Source: Candidatus Latescibacterota bacterium
Lineage (GTDB): Bacteria > Latescibacterota > UBA2968 > UBA8231
Length of the DNA: 64,000 bases
Assembly (NCBI GenBank): GCA_964291625.2
Contig: OZ220089.1
Span: 3,584,001 to 3,648,000 of the forward strand
Reading direction: 5' to 3'
Position 1 is the stretch's first letter. Each line of letters starts with the position of its first letter. A program made the translations under genes and the position numbers. The notes below the pieces were generated by a model. That model saw only the letters and a list, made by a program, of their open reading frames with translations. It was not told where the DNA came from and did no database searches. This document shows, piece after piece, positions 40,923 to 51,195 of the stretch.

Positions 40923-41269
40923 GTCCGCAGGCCCTCGACGATCCTCCTGGTCTCCCGGTTGAAGGACACCGGCGCCCCCGACTTGGCGTCGAAGACCACC
41001 ACCCCCACCGGCGAGGTGTCGATCAGCGTCTCCAGGTCGGCCCTGGCCCTCCGCTCCTCCCGGTGGCCGGGCATTGGCGATGACCAGGGCCGCCTGCGAT
41101 GCGAACATCACCAGGGTCTCCTCGTCCTCCCGGCTGAACTCGGGGCCTCCCCCCTCCTTGGCTAGGTAGTCGAGGCTCTCGTTTGATGCGCAGCTGGCCT
41201 CGCTCAGCCGGGACAGTCGCTCGCTGAGCGCGGCGACGTCTTCAGGGCGATCTCCTCGGCAGGTCTCAT
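40923..41269 (-). pseudogene. Second internally deleted copy of the hybrid kinase-regulator
   Basis: 40923-41165 matches 37126-37370; 41170-41269 matches 37700-37799. Confidence 0.85.
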
Positions 41270-41332
41270 CCGCTGATCTCCGGTCTGAGGGCGATGCCGG
41301 CTCTCAGGGACCGAATTCGAGCAAAAAACCAA

Positions 41333-41401
41333 CAAGACACACAAGAAAACACCCCCGAAGGGGCAAGGAGACACAAAAGCCACACATCCACAAGGTAAAT
41401 T
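41333..41401 (+). promoter_or_regulatory. Divergent promoter copy 3: CACACAAGAA / GACACAAAAG boxes plus TAAATT
   Basis: Boxes at 41338 and 41370; -10-like hexamer at 41396. Confidence 0.65.
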
Positions 41402-41739
41402 GGACCCCGAAAGTCAGCGCGTCGCGATGACCGGCCTCCGGTCGTCTGCCTTGGACACCGACTTGAATCCCCGACCCGACGACGAAGTAGCGACCAACCG
41501 AGGAGCTGGCATGATAGCTGCAATCGTTCGTCTCATCGGGCTGGTTCTCGCGTTTCCGTGTCGGCGGATCCCCTTCTGGAAGCCCGCGTGCGGCTTCCCT
41601 CCGGTGCACCGGTTCCCGGGCGCAGGTGCTGCGTTCGATCTGACGGATCTGCGCGCCCCGCCGCTGGCGGTGACCACGGACCGCTCTGCGCATTTTCACC
41701 CTGCCCCTGGCCTCCTTGGCGGGAGCCCTGCCGGCTGGG

Positions 41740-42103
41740 CCGGACAGGGCCTGATCCGCTCCCTGGCCTACACCGGCGGAAACTTCGAAAAGGCGCCGAA
41801 CGCCATCGTCCGCTGACCACCGAGATGGGCTACTTCCGGAGCACCGCGACAAATGGACTACGCGCGCTATCACGCGGCCGGGCTGATCCTCTCCAGCGGT
41901 CCCGTGGAGCGCCGCCGCCAAAGCCCTGGTCGGCCATCTACTCAAACGCAGCGGCATGCGCTGGACCCGAGAGGGAGGCCAGCAGATCCTCAATCTCCGA
42001 GTCCAGGTGCAATCCAACCGATGGGAGGCTTTCTGGAAGTGGTACCTGCTCCAGACGACGCACCAGACCTACAAGAGGGCTGCACAGAGCCGAGGCAACA
42101 CCC
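41740..42103 (+). mobile_element. ISKra4-family remnant (frameshifted C-terminal transposase fragment and right end)
   Basis: MDYARYHAAGLILSSGPVE...LKRSGMRWTREGGQQILNLRV; ends ...CACCC at 42103. Confidence 0.7.
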
Positions 42104-42126
42104 GAAACCAACCAAGGAGGCTCCTC

Positions 42127-42945
42127 ATGATCGCTCGTCGTATCGCATTGATCGTGCTGGCGACGCTGGCTCCCCTGGCGTCTCAGACGACGACCTTCGC
42201 AGTGTCCGACCACCTGCCTCTGGCCGTCGGCAACTCATGGACCTACGAAGTGTGGTTCTATGACCATGAGCCGGATGCGGTGACTTACACGGGGTATCGG
42301 GACTCTGAGTCGAAGAGAGTCACGCTTACCATCCTCAAAACAGAGGTATTGGACGGGGAGACCTACTATGTCTTCTCCGACATGCCTACTGGCTGGCCTC
42401 CCGCGCCTGTGCACTCTGTGGCCGGGAAGAAGCTGCGCTGGAACGGAAACAACCTGACCGAGCACAACGGCACATCCTCCTTCTCGGTGCTTCAATTCAG
42501 AGAAGGCCCGGAGGACGGTTCTGTCTTCTATGAATACACGGTGAGTCCTTCGGAGGCTGATGGTAATACGAAGGTAAAGATGTATGTAGCCGCCGACGCC
42601 AACGGCATGTACTCTTCGGGGTTTGACTTACGGGGCGGGACGATCTCTCCTTTTTCGGCAAGAATCGTGAGATTCATCACTGGCTACGGAATGACCTATG
42701 CCCAAGAATCCTACGTCCCAGAGGCAGACATGATGTACCCCACAAGAGAAACTTTCCTGCGCCCAGTAGAAGCTCGTCTTGCTTCGGATGATGACGACGC
42801 CAGAAGACAGACGACGTATCGGATCTATACGTATAAGGAAATCACTAGGGCTTCTTGGGGAGATACTGGCTTCCCCGAAGGGACCTCAGAGACTTCCACT
42901 GATCGGTCTTCTTGGGGTCAGGTCAAGGAGAGGGACCTGCGATGA
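42127..42945 (+). CDS. Secreted 'LPLAVGNSWTY' family protein 3
   Basis: AAGGAGG SD; signal peptide; ends SSWGQVKERDLR; ATGA overlap with downstream protease. Confidence 0.8.
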   Translation: MIARRIALIVLATLAPLASQTTTFAVSDHLPLAVGNSWTYEVWFYDHEPDAVTYTGYRDSESKRVTLTILKTEVLDGETYYVFSDMPTGWPPAPVHSVAGKKLRWNGNNLTEHNGTSSFSVLQFREGPEDGSVFYEYTVSPSEADGNTKVKMYVAADANGMYSSGFDLRGGTISPFSARIVRFITGYGMTYAQESYVPEADMMYPTRETFLRPVEARLASDDDDARRQTTYRIYTYKEITRASWGDTGFPEGTSETSTDRSSWGQVKERDLR

Positions 42946-45900
42946 TGACTCGGGTTGGTGTGCTGGTTGTGATCTTCCTGTGGATCGGGTCACCGGTCCA
43001 CGGCCGGAAGAACGACACCTGGGTGGAGGATACGAACCTCTATGTGGTGCTTGTGAAGTTCGGCTCGGACCTGCCGCATGGATGGGTGGCTGGGTCTCCT
43101 CCGACTCCTGGCGATGACGCCTACACCATGGAGGACTTCGAGCGCCTGTTTGGCGTCGAGGACGCACCAGGGTTTGGAGAGACGGACACACAGTCGGTTG
43201 CGGACGGCAACGAACCGCTGCCCGAGTTGTACGGAAGCATCAAGGACTACTTTGATCATCTGTCGGGCGGCGAGTATGACCTGACCATCAAAATCCTCAA
43301 TCCAGAGGACAGCGAGGGGTATCCCAAGTGGCTTACCATCAACCGTGCAAAGTCGCACTATCTCAACTTGTTCCACCCAGACCGCCAATTCTATGAACAC
43401 AGCATCGAGAAGCTGGAAATGATGATGCCTCGCTGGTATCCCGGCGATCACCTGGACTATGTGATACCGGGATTGCTCCCTCATCCTCCAACCACCGGAA
43501 CCCCAAGTCCAGGCACTCCAGCTCAACGACGCACCAACAAGGTCGCGTTCGTGTATGCTGGGTTCACCTCCGCCAAGGATGCCAATTTCACGGCTCTGCA
43601 TCCGCGAGCAGAAAGCGTGTCCAGCCCCACACCGAGATCAGGGACCGGAGTGGCGTCCTATGCGACATGGTACCAGACGGGTGCGAGGCAAGGGGACGGC
43701 CTCGGTGGTACCGATCCGGCTGAGAAATTCTCGGGTATCGGTATTCACATCCACGAGATCGGCCACATCCTCGGCCTGAGCCATGGAAGAGGCCGGTCCA
43801 ATGTCACCAACCCGTATACCACCGTGAACAGGACACGAGGAACAGCCAACTTCCTGTCTTGGGGTCCCATGTCCTCGAACTCCCAAGGGCCTCACTCCCA
43901 AGGATCAGAGCACCCTACCGATGCGGACTATGCGTATCTGTACCAGTTCCAATCCTGCCCTGCTCCGTACAACCCCGCCTACATGAAGTTCCTTGGATGG
44001 GGAGACCATCATCGAATCACGAGGACCCAGAGCCAGCCCTTCCTCCCGTCTCCCGATGACTACTACTACATCGAGGGAGAGAACGACTCCAGATATCACT
44101 TCGACTTCCGCTCTGCGGACGACTTCGGTCATTACGTGCTCTCTCATGCGTTTGAAGATGCTCCTGGTCTGATGATCTGGAAGCACCGACAAGAGCCCCC
44201 GAGTGCGTACATATCCGCTACTGCACCCCGTGTCATCCCGGCCGACGGCCGATCCATATACAATGCCTTGCCGAACACAAAGAGCGGAGCCACGGTCAAG
44301 GAATTCAGCAGCACGGCGACCTACGCCTGGCTCGATCTCCTGTCGGACCCGTTCGGGGCTCTGCCCGACAACGGATCCGAGCAGACGATCCGAGCCTTAC
44401 CGCATTCGGTGGACAATCCCACCGAGCTGCCCTCGGTGCTGACCTATCGAAATCCCGAGCACCGATGGACGCCCGACTGGGCGACGGATGCGTCTCTGTT
44501 TCGGCAGAGGAACAGTGCAGGGCAGGACCGGCCATCCCATGTCGCCGTCCGCAACATCCACATCCTCCGCGATGAAGAGGGGTCCGGGTCTGCCGTAGCC
44601 AACGTCTACAAGAATTACCAGGAGGGCCCTCTCCATGAGGACATGGTCGAGTGGAGCGGAGACGTCTACGTCGGAGCGGACGTGACCATCGGAGAAGACC
44701 AGACCCTGGACATTGCCGATGACGCCGTCGTCCATTTCCTGGCACCTCGAAGTGCCGGCCCGACCTCGGAGCATCCCCACGGGGTGGACCCCAACGGTAC
44801 GAACATCACAGAGCTTATCGTCCAGGATAGTGGCACCCTCAACATCGGCAGGAACGTGACCTTTCGGTCCATGCGGGAGGAGTATACGGACTCTGACGGG
44901 GATCGAGTGGAGCAAGACGATGTCGATCCGGAGGGTCATGGCCTCATCGTCGAGTCGGGGGGCGAGGTCACCATCCAGGGCCTGACCATCACCGATGGCG
45001 ATCACTACCTGTACAGCGAGGGGGAGGTGACTCTGGCCGGGGACCTGAGGATCTCAGGCAAGCACTCCTCGTTGAACCTGCGTCGGAGCCCGTCCACTGC
45101 GGACGCCGCCGACGAGGCCGTGACGATCAAGATCGCATCCGGTGACGCGGCCATGGACGGCAGGGACGAAACCAAGGTGGAGATCATCGTGGACGGAGCG
45201 AAGTGGAAGGGTCAGACCCTCGTCGAGGCGGCCGAGCTGAACGCCCTCAACGACACCTTCGAGCCCGCCGATGACAACACGTCCGGATGGCAGGGCATCG
45301 AGATCAACGCCAACTCCGGCGGACGGGTGCACCTGACGGGAGCGACCCTGAAGGAAGGGGATTGGTGTCTGCGTGTGCCCTACCCGGAGCACGTCACGCT
45401 GGGCAACGCCACCTTCACCAACTACGGCCTGATGAAGCCGGTCGGGGATCACGACGTGCGCGAGTTCGAGAAGCTCGGCGACGACTACTGGACCGCCGGC
45501 TACAAGGTCCGGAGTTCCGTCACCGGCCCCAAAGACTCCCCGGCGAGTGTGGCCTGGTCCCTGTCCGGAGACGATGCCGGCCAGCTCGAGATCCATGCCG
45601 GCAGCGGTGTCCTGACGTTCGCGGATCCCGGGGCCGACTTCGAGGCTCGCTCGGACCGCGTCTACACGGCCACGGTCCAGGCCATCGTTGGACCGCCCGC
45701 CGTTCCTCTCGCCACGGTCGAGCAGGACGTGAAGATCACGGTCCTGGACGTCCCGGCTCCCGATGCGCCGGCCGTCACCCTGGATCCCGACAGCGGCCGT
45801 GAGACGGCGGGTGCGACGGTCACCCTGGACAACGACCAGGGAATGCGGGTGAGGCAGGTCCTGGCCCGGCTGTCGTCGGTGCCGGCGGAGGACCCGGACG

Positions 45901-46316
45901 GCACGCGCCAGTGGCACCCGCTGGGCCGGCCCAACGCGCCCGGCGCCCCGAGCGAGGCGGACGGGTACTACGAGACCTCGATCGCGTACACGAACGACAA
46001 CACCTACGAGTCCTGGAAGGAGTCCGGCACGGCGTACGAGTGGAGCGTATCGCCCAACCGGACCTACCGGTTCGAGGCGAAACTCGAGAACCTCGAAGGA
46101 GAGAGCGAGGTCGGGAGCGTCTCGTACACCCCCCCGCCGAGGGATCCTCTGACCATCTCGGGCCCGTCCACGCCGTTCTACTATATCGACTGGACGGCTC
46201 CCATCGGGACGTACAAGGAATGGCCCCGAGTTGTCTCGGTCCACTACACCTTCGACACAAATGACTCTCACATCCCGCATCTCGCCGGCTCAGCCGGCGC
46301 AAGGAGATGGCAATGA
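42942..46316 (+). CDS. Secreted M6 (immune inhibitor A)-like metalloprotease A; homology to copy B ends at 46215, lacks tail and CTD
   Basis: YGSIKDYFDHLSGG, HEIGHILGLSH, WGPMS Met-turn, P.YNP...LGW; stalk near-identical to copy B. Confidence 0.8.
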   Translation: MMTRVGVLVVIFLWIGSPVHGRKNDTWVEDTNLYVVLVKFGSDLPHGWVAGSPPTPGDDAYTMEDFERLFGVEDAPGFGETDTQSVADGNEPLPELYGSIKDYFDHLSGGEYDLTIKILNPEDSEGYPKWLTINRAKSHYLNLFHPDRQFYEHSIEKLEMMMPRWYPGDHLDYVIPGLLPHPPTTGTPSPGTPAQRRTNKVAFVYAGFTSAKDANFTALHPRAESVSSPTPRSGTGVASYATWYQTGARQGDGLGGTDPAEKFSGIGIHIHEIGHILGLSHGRGRSNVTNPYTTVNRTRGTANFLSWGPMSSNSQGPHSQGSEHPTDADYAYLYQFQSCPAPYNPAYMKFLGWGDHHRITRTQSQPFLPSPDDYYYIEGENDSRYHFDFRSADDFGHYVLSHAFEDAPGLMIWKHRQEPPSAYISATAPRVIPADGRSIYNALPNTKSGATVKEFSSTATYAWLDLLSDPFGALPDNGSEQTIRALPHSVDNPTELPSVLTYRNPEHRWTPDWATDASLFRQRNSAGQDRPSHVAVRNIHILRDEEGSGSAVANVYKNYQEGPLHEDMVEWSGDVYVGADVTIGEDQTLDIADDAVVHFLAPRSAGPTSEHPHGVDPNGTNITELIVQDSGTLNIGRNVTFRSMREEYTDSDGDRVEQDDVDPEGHGLIVESGGEVTIQGLTITDGDHYLYSEGEVTLAGDLRISGKHSSLNLRRSPSTADAADEAVTIKIASGDAAMDGRDETKVEIIVDGAKWKGQTLVEAAELNALNDTFEPADDNTSGWQGIEINANSGGRVHLTGATLKEGDWCLRVPYPEHVTLGNATFTNYGLMKPVGDHDVREFEKLGDDYWTAGYKVRSSVTGPKDSPASVAWSLSGDDAGQLEIHAGSGVLTFADPGADFEARSDRVYTATVQAIVGPPAVPLATVEQDVKITVLDVPAPDAPAVTLDPDSGRETAGATVTLDNDQGMRVRQVLARLSSVPAEDPDGTRQWHPLGRPNAPGAPSEADGYYETSIAYTNDNTYESWKESGTAYEWSVSPNRTYRFEAKLENLEGESEVGSVSYTPPPRDPLTISGPSTPFYYIDWTAPIGTYKEWPRVVSVHYTFDTNDSHIPHLAGSAGARRWQ
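44680..46215 (+). repeat. ~1.5 kb near-identical direct repeat (stalk); second copy at 49001-49621 + 51204-52119
   Basis: Line-by-line near identity from GACGTGACCATCGGAGAAGACCAG to CCATCGGGACGTACA. Confidence 0.9.
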
Positions 46317-47233
46317 TCGCTCGCATCGCAGTGCTCGTCCTAGGTGCGCTTCCACTGAGAGCACAGACGATAGACCCAACCGCCGACGGCTCCAGCTACA
46401 CCGTGCAGGACTCCTATACGATCCAGGACTTCATGCCGATGGCCGTCGGCAACTCATGGACCTTCGAGCATCTGTACATGGACCAACGCCACTTCTACGA
46501 TCCGGACCACACGGAGAATCTGCATCTCACGGATAGTATCCACCATGGCTCTGGGTACTTCCCCACCTGGGATGCTTCTGACAAACGTCTGACGATCTCC
46601 ATTGTCCGCACGGAAGTGCACGATGGGAACACGTACTACGTGTTCTCGGCCACCCTGCCCTCAGGCAGCTGGCCGCCGGCCCCCGGGTTCACGGAGTCCA
46701 GCACCACAAAGCTCCTGCTCGGGATGAAACTTCGATGGGATGGGGACACTATCATGATGTGGGACGGAGTGTCCGCTGTAGAGCTGCTTCGGTTCCCTGC
46801 TCTTCCCAGCAATTCTGACCTTAGAGTCGAAGATACTGCCTATAACGCCTCGATTGACGGTCAGTCCTACCCCGTCAGCACATATAGTAGACTGAGTCGT
46901 CTCAACGACATTCCCGAGATTGGATTCGCTTTCTCTTCGCACGGATTCGGATCCGGGATAGGGTTCGTCGGCGGATTCGGAGTCATCGGCACTACCCTAT
47001 CCAGCGACCGCATTGACATAGATGTTGGTCCTCCTTTTTGGAACGAGCTTTTCGGAGTGGAGGCCACTCTTGTGGTGGATGGCGACGGCGGTAGCCGAGA
47101 CTCCTCCGACATCTCAGACAGTCAAGAGACTATCACCATTGACAGGTCTGACCTCCGGTATTGGCAACGCAGGGGTCGCCGATCCACCTCCCTCACAAAC
47201 TCATCTTGGGGTGCCGTAAAGGAGACCGACTGA
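46313..47233 (+). CDS. Secreted 'LPLAVGNSWTY' family protein 4
   Basis: AAGGAG SD; QDFMPMAVGNSWTF; ends NSSWGAVKETD; stop abuts next ATG. Confidence 0.8.
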   Translation: MIARIAVLVLGALPLRAQTIDPTADGSSYTVQDSYTIQDFMPMAVGNSWTFEHLYMDQRHFYDPDHTENLHLTDSIHHGSGYFPTWDASDKRLTISIVRTEVHDGNTYYVFSATLPSGSWPPAPGFTESSTTKLLLGMKLRWDGDTIMMWDGVSAVELLRFPALPSNSDLRVEDTAYNASIDGQSYPVSTYSRLSRLNDIPEIGFAFSSHGFGSGIGFVGGFGVIGTTLSSDRIDIDVGPPFWNELFGVEATLVVDGDGGSRDSSDISDSQETITIDRSDLRYWQRRGRRSTSLTNSSWGAVKETD

Positions 47234-49621
47234 ATGACACGGAGCTGCGCCACAGCCATGGCCATCCTGGCGTTTCTCGTGGAGGATGGCATGGCCCAGA
47301 GATTGCGTTGGACTCGCAACACGACGCTGAACGTAGTCCTTGTAACCTTCCCGGACGATCTGCCCCAGGGCCATACCCGGAGCGACGACGGGGATGATTC
47401 CACCTACGATCTGGTGCCGGGGTCCACGGCCTACAAGATCAGCGACTTCGAGCGTCTCCTCGGTGTAGACGAAGCCGATGACTTCGGCAGTTTCGCTAAT
47501 CCGACAGGGGTTAGAGTGGGCACGGACGAAGACCTCCCCGAGACCTATGGCAGCCTGAAGAAGTACTTCGATGACATCTCTGGAGGAGACTACAACCTCA
47601 CTGTGAGGATCCTCAACCCCCCTCATCCTGATTCGGATCACGACGAGTATCCTCGCTGGATGGAGATGGCTCTAAACAAGAGCCACTACAGAGCAATCCC
47701 CATCCGCAATACTCCCCCGCCGTATACAAGGCGCGAATTCTTCATAGATGCCACAGCCATCCTGCACAGTGGCACGATAGATCTCTCATCGTTTTCGGAC
47801 GTGCCCAGCAATGACTCTGGGCGATCTCTGACAACCGCAAACAAAATCGTCTTCATCCACTCGGGAACGTCCATTTCAGATGGATCTGTATTGCATCCTC
47901 AGGTGGACGCCTTCAGAGGATATCGGTATGTCATCGGCGAGCGGATGGGTCTTGCCTCTGATCGAGAGAGAGCTGACGATGCCATCCGGTTTGGTGGACT
48001 CAGTCTCCATGCCCACGAGATCGGTCATCTGTTGGGGTTCCGCCATCCTGGAGGATTCTCAACGGTAGAGAATGTCTACCGGATGCAGACTCCAGGAGAC
48101 ACCTACAGGGACGGGGACGGCAATCGGCAAACCTATGAGCGATGGGGTGGGGCGGACATGGCGGGATGGGGCCTCATGCAAGGAGATGAGAACGGACCCG
48201 CCCTGGAGAGCAGCTTGCCGAGAGACACAGATTATGCCTATGTGGCCTCTCACAGATCATGCCCTCAGTATTACAATGGCATCTTCATGAGAGACCTTGA
48301 TTGGGGCACCCATACTCCCATCACCACGACAACGCAGAGCCAGAGGGTTGATCCGGCGCCGGATGACTTCTATCACATTGAGTACCAGCACACCGTCATC
48401 CATGGGGTTCAGCGACCGCGATGGATCGTGCTGGACTTTCGCACGGCGGTCGATTGGGGACAGTATGTGAGTTGGTACCGCTTCGCGCAGCCAGCGGGGC
48501 TGTTGGTCTGGAGAGGAGACTTCTGGAGTGCACAGTTGCTCCCTGCCGATGGACGGCCCCTCAGCAATGCCCTGGGTGTGCATGCTGGGTACTCCTCTCG
48601 TGAATTCAGCACGACGGACATCTATCCCTGGATGGAGAGATTGTCCGATCCGTTTGGGGCAATTGAAGGCAACGGACTTCGGCAGACCATTCTCTCGATG
48701 AAAGCCTACAAGGAAGACGGCGAGACTCTGACGGACGATCCGCTGGTATTGACGGGGGGCACCCATCGGTGGACGCCCGATTGGGCGACGGATGACAATC
48801 TGCTGACCCTGATAAACCAAACGGATGTTGATTCTGACTTGATCACGGAGACCTCCGACACCCATATCGCTCTGAGAAACATACATGTGGTGCGCGGCGG
48901 AGCCTCGGGGTATGCTTTGGTGAATGTCTACCTCAACTACCAGGAAGGGCCTCTCCCGGATGATGCGGTAGAGTGGAGTGGCAGTGTCTACGTCGGTGCC
49001 GACGTGACCATCGGAGAAGACCAGACCCTCGACATTGCCGATGACGCCGTCGTCCATTTCCTGGCACCTCGAAGTGCCGGCCCGACCTCCGAGCATCCCC
49101 ACGGGGTGGACCCCAACGGTACGAACATCACAGAGCTTATCGTCCAGGATAGTGGCACTCTCAACATCGGCAGGAACGTGACCTTTCGGTCGATGCGGGA
49201 GGAGTATACCGACTCTGACGGCGATCGAGTGGATCAAGAGGATGTCGATCCGGAGGACCACGGCCTCACCGTCGAGTCGGGGGGCGAGGTCACCATCCAG
49301 GGCCTGACCATCACCGATGGAGATCACTACCTGTACAGCGAGGGGGAGGTGACTCTGGCGGGGGACTTGAGGATCTCAGGCAGGAACTCCTCGTTGAACC
49401 TGCGTCGGAAACCGTCCACCGCGGCCGGTACCGACGAGGCCGTGACGATCAAGATCGCATCCGGTGACGCGACCATGGGGGGAGAGAACACCTCCAAGGT
49501 GGAGATCATCGTGGCCGGAGCGAAATGGGACGACAAGACCCTTGTCGAGGCGGCCGAGCTCAACGCTGTCAACGACACCTTCGAGCCCGCCGATGACAAC
49601 ACGTCCGGATGGCAGGGCATC

Positions 49622-51195
49622 GGGCACCTTAGGCGATTGTTATAGCGGGATTTGGGGACGTATGTGTATGTTTTCCAGTGACTTGCTGTCGGTGGCCGCC
49701 TCCCCCGCGGCCGGCTCCCCTGCCTTGACGAAGGAGGGGAGCGATGACCGCGATTCTCTCTCTGGCGCCCTTTCAGCGGCGGCCGCTGTGGGAGCGCTTC
49801 CGAGATCAAGCGCATGAAGCCCTGGATGCGTTGCTGGATCGGCTGGAAGCCGGCATGACCCAACCCGGAAGTTGTGCGCCGACGTTGATGGAGATCACCG
49901 ACGCGGTGTCCCAAGAGCGCGCCGGACTCACCGCGGCCCTGGTGGAAGGCTTCGTCGAACGCCGCCATGGCCCGTTGCTGACGCAACAAGAGGCGGCTTG
50001 CCCCCAGTGTGAGCGCCTCTTGCCGGCGCGGGCTTCGCGCTCTCGCACGGTGGAAACCCTCTTGGGGCCGGTGACCTTGGAGCGGCCCTATTTCTACTGC
50101 GCGGCCTGTCACCACGGGTTCTATCCGCTGGACGAGGCCTTGGCTTTGTCGGGGCACCGCAAGCAGACGGACGTGCAGCAGGCCGGAGTCAAGCTGGCGC
50201 TGGAGATGCCCCACCAGCGCGCCTCGAAGCTGTTGGACGAGCTGACCGACGCGTCGATGAGCGACCGTGTGATTCACGAGGTGCTGCAACAGACCGGGGC
50301 CTTGGACGTGCTGCAGGTGTGTCCAGACGCGGCCGACATCCAGGATCGCATTGCCCGGGCCGCCGCCGGCCGCAAGTGGCGGCCGATCGTGGTGTTGGCC
50401 ATCGACGCGGCCGACGTGCCCAGCCGTCCCGAGACCGCCAAAGGGACGCGTCCCGGGCGCAAGAAGAGCCGGGCCCGGCGAAGGCGCTGGCAGGGGGAAT
50501 ACCACGAGGCCAAGGGCTTTCGCTTCTACCTGGTCGACGACGACCGCATCGAGCAGTTGATCTCCTGGCACCAGATGGGCGACGAACAGGCTTTCGGTGC
50601 GGCTTTGCGCCAAGTCCAGGAGGCGGGCCTGATCCCGGAGGACCAGGTGCGCTTGTGTGCCATCGCCGATGGCGCCCCGTGGATCTGGAAGTGGGTGGAA
50701 GAGCTGTTCCCGAAGGCCCGTCAGATCCTCGACTACTACCATTGCAGCGGCTACCTGCACGCGGTGGCCGAGGCGCAATACGGTGCCGACGGGACCCGGG
50801 CCGCTCATTGGCTGGAGGCGGCCCTGGCCCGCCTGTTCTGCGGCGAGGCGGCGGGCGTGGTCTGGGGTCTGCAGCGCATGCAGCCGGTCTCGGACGAGGC
50901 CGAAGAGGCGATCGGCGCGGCCGTGACGTACCTGCACAAGCGGCTGCACCAAGTCGACTTCGGCAGTCATCGGAAGGGGGGCTACCCGATCGGCTCCGGG
51001 GCGATCGAGTCGGCCCATCGTTTCATCGGCCATGTTCGCCTGAAGCGATCCGGCGCCTGGTGGTATCAGGAAAACAGCAACGCCATCCTGGCCCTGCGCT
51101 GCGCCCTCTACAACGGTACCCTCGATCGCGTCTTCCAGAAGCACCAAGATCACCTCACAAAATCACCGGAACCGTAACAATCACCTAATGCACCC
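49622..51195 (+). mobile_element. Complete ISKra4-family insertion sequence (1574 bp) with 8-bp TSD AGGGCATC
   Basis: IRL GGGCACCTTAGGCGATTGTTA vs reverse-complemented IRR GGGTGCATTAGGTGATTGTTA; TSD at 49614-49621 and 51196-51203; empty site seen in copy A (~45292). Confidence 0.92.
49744..51177 (+). CDS. ISKra4-family transposase
   Basis: CPQC/YFYC..C zinc ribbon, PLDEAL, ADGAPWIW, ILDYYH, IGSGAIESAH, RLKRSGAWW. Confidence 0.9.
   Translation: MTAILSLAPFQRRPLWERFRDQAHEALDALLDRLEAGMTQPGSCAPTLMEITDAVSQERAGLTAALVEGFVERRHGPLLTQQEAACPQCERLLPARASRSRTVETLLGPVTLERPYFYCAACHHGFYPLDEALALSGHRKQTDVQQAGVKLALEMPHQRASKLLDELTDASMSDRVIHEVLQQTGALDVLQVCPDAADIQDRIARAAAGRKWRPIVVLAIDAADVPSRPETAKGTRPGRKKSRARRRRWQGEYHEAKGFRFYLVDDDRIEQLISWHQMGDEQAFGAALRQVQEAGLIPEDQVRLCAIADGAPWIWKWVEELFPKARQILDYYHCSGYLHAVAEAQYGADGTRAAHWLEAALARLFCGEAAGVVWGLQRMQPVSDEAEEAIGAAVTYLHKRLHQVDFGSHRKGGYPIGSGAIESAHRFIGHVRLKRSGAWWYQENSNAILALRCALYNGTLDRVFQKHQDHLTKSPEP

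Noticed and set aside
41956-42126. N-terminal extension of partner gene 3
   Set aside because: It is the ISKra4 transposase C-terminal remnant; the SD and paralog alignment give ATG 42127
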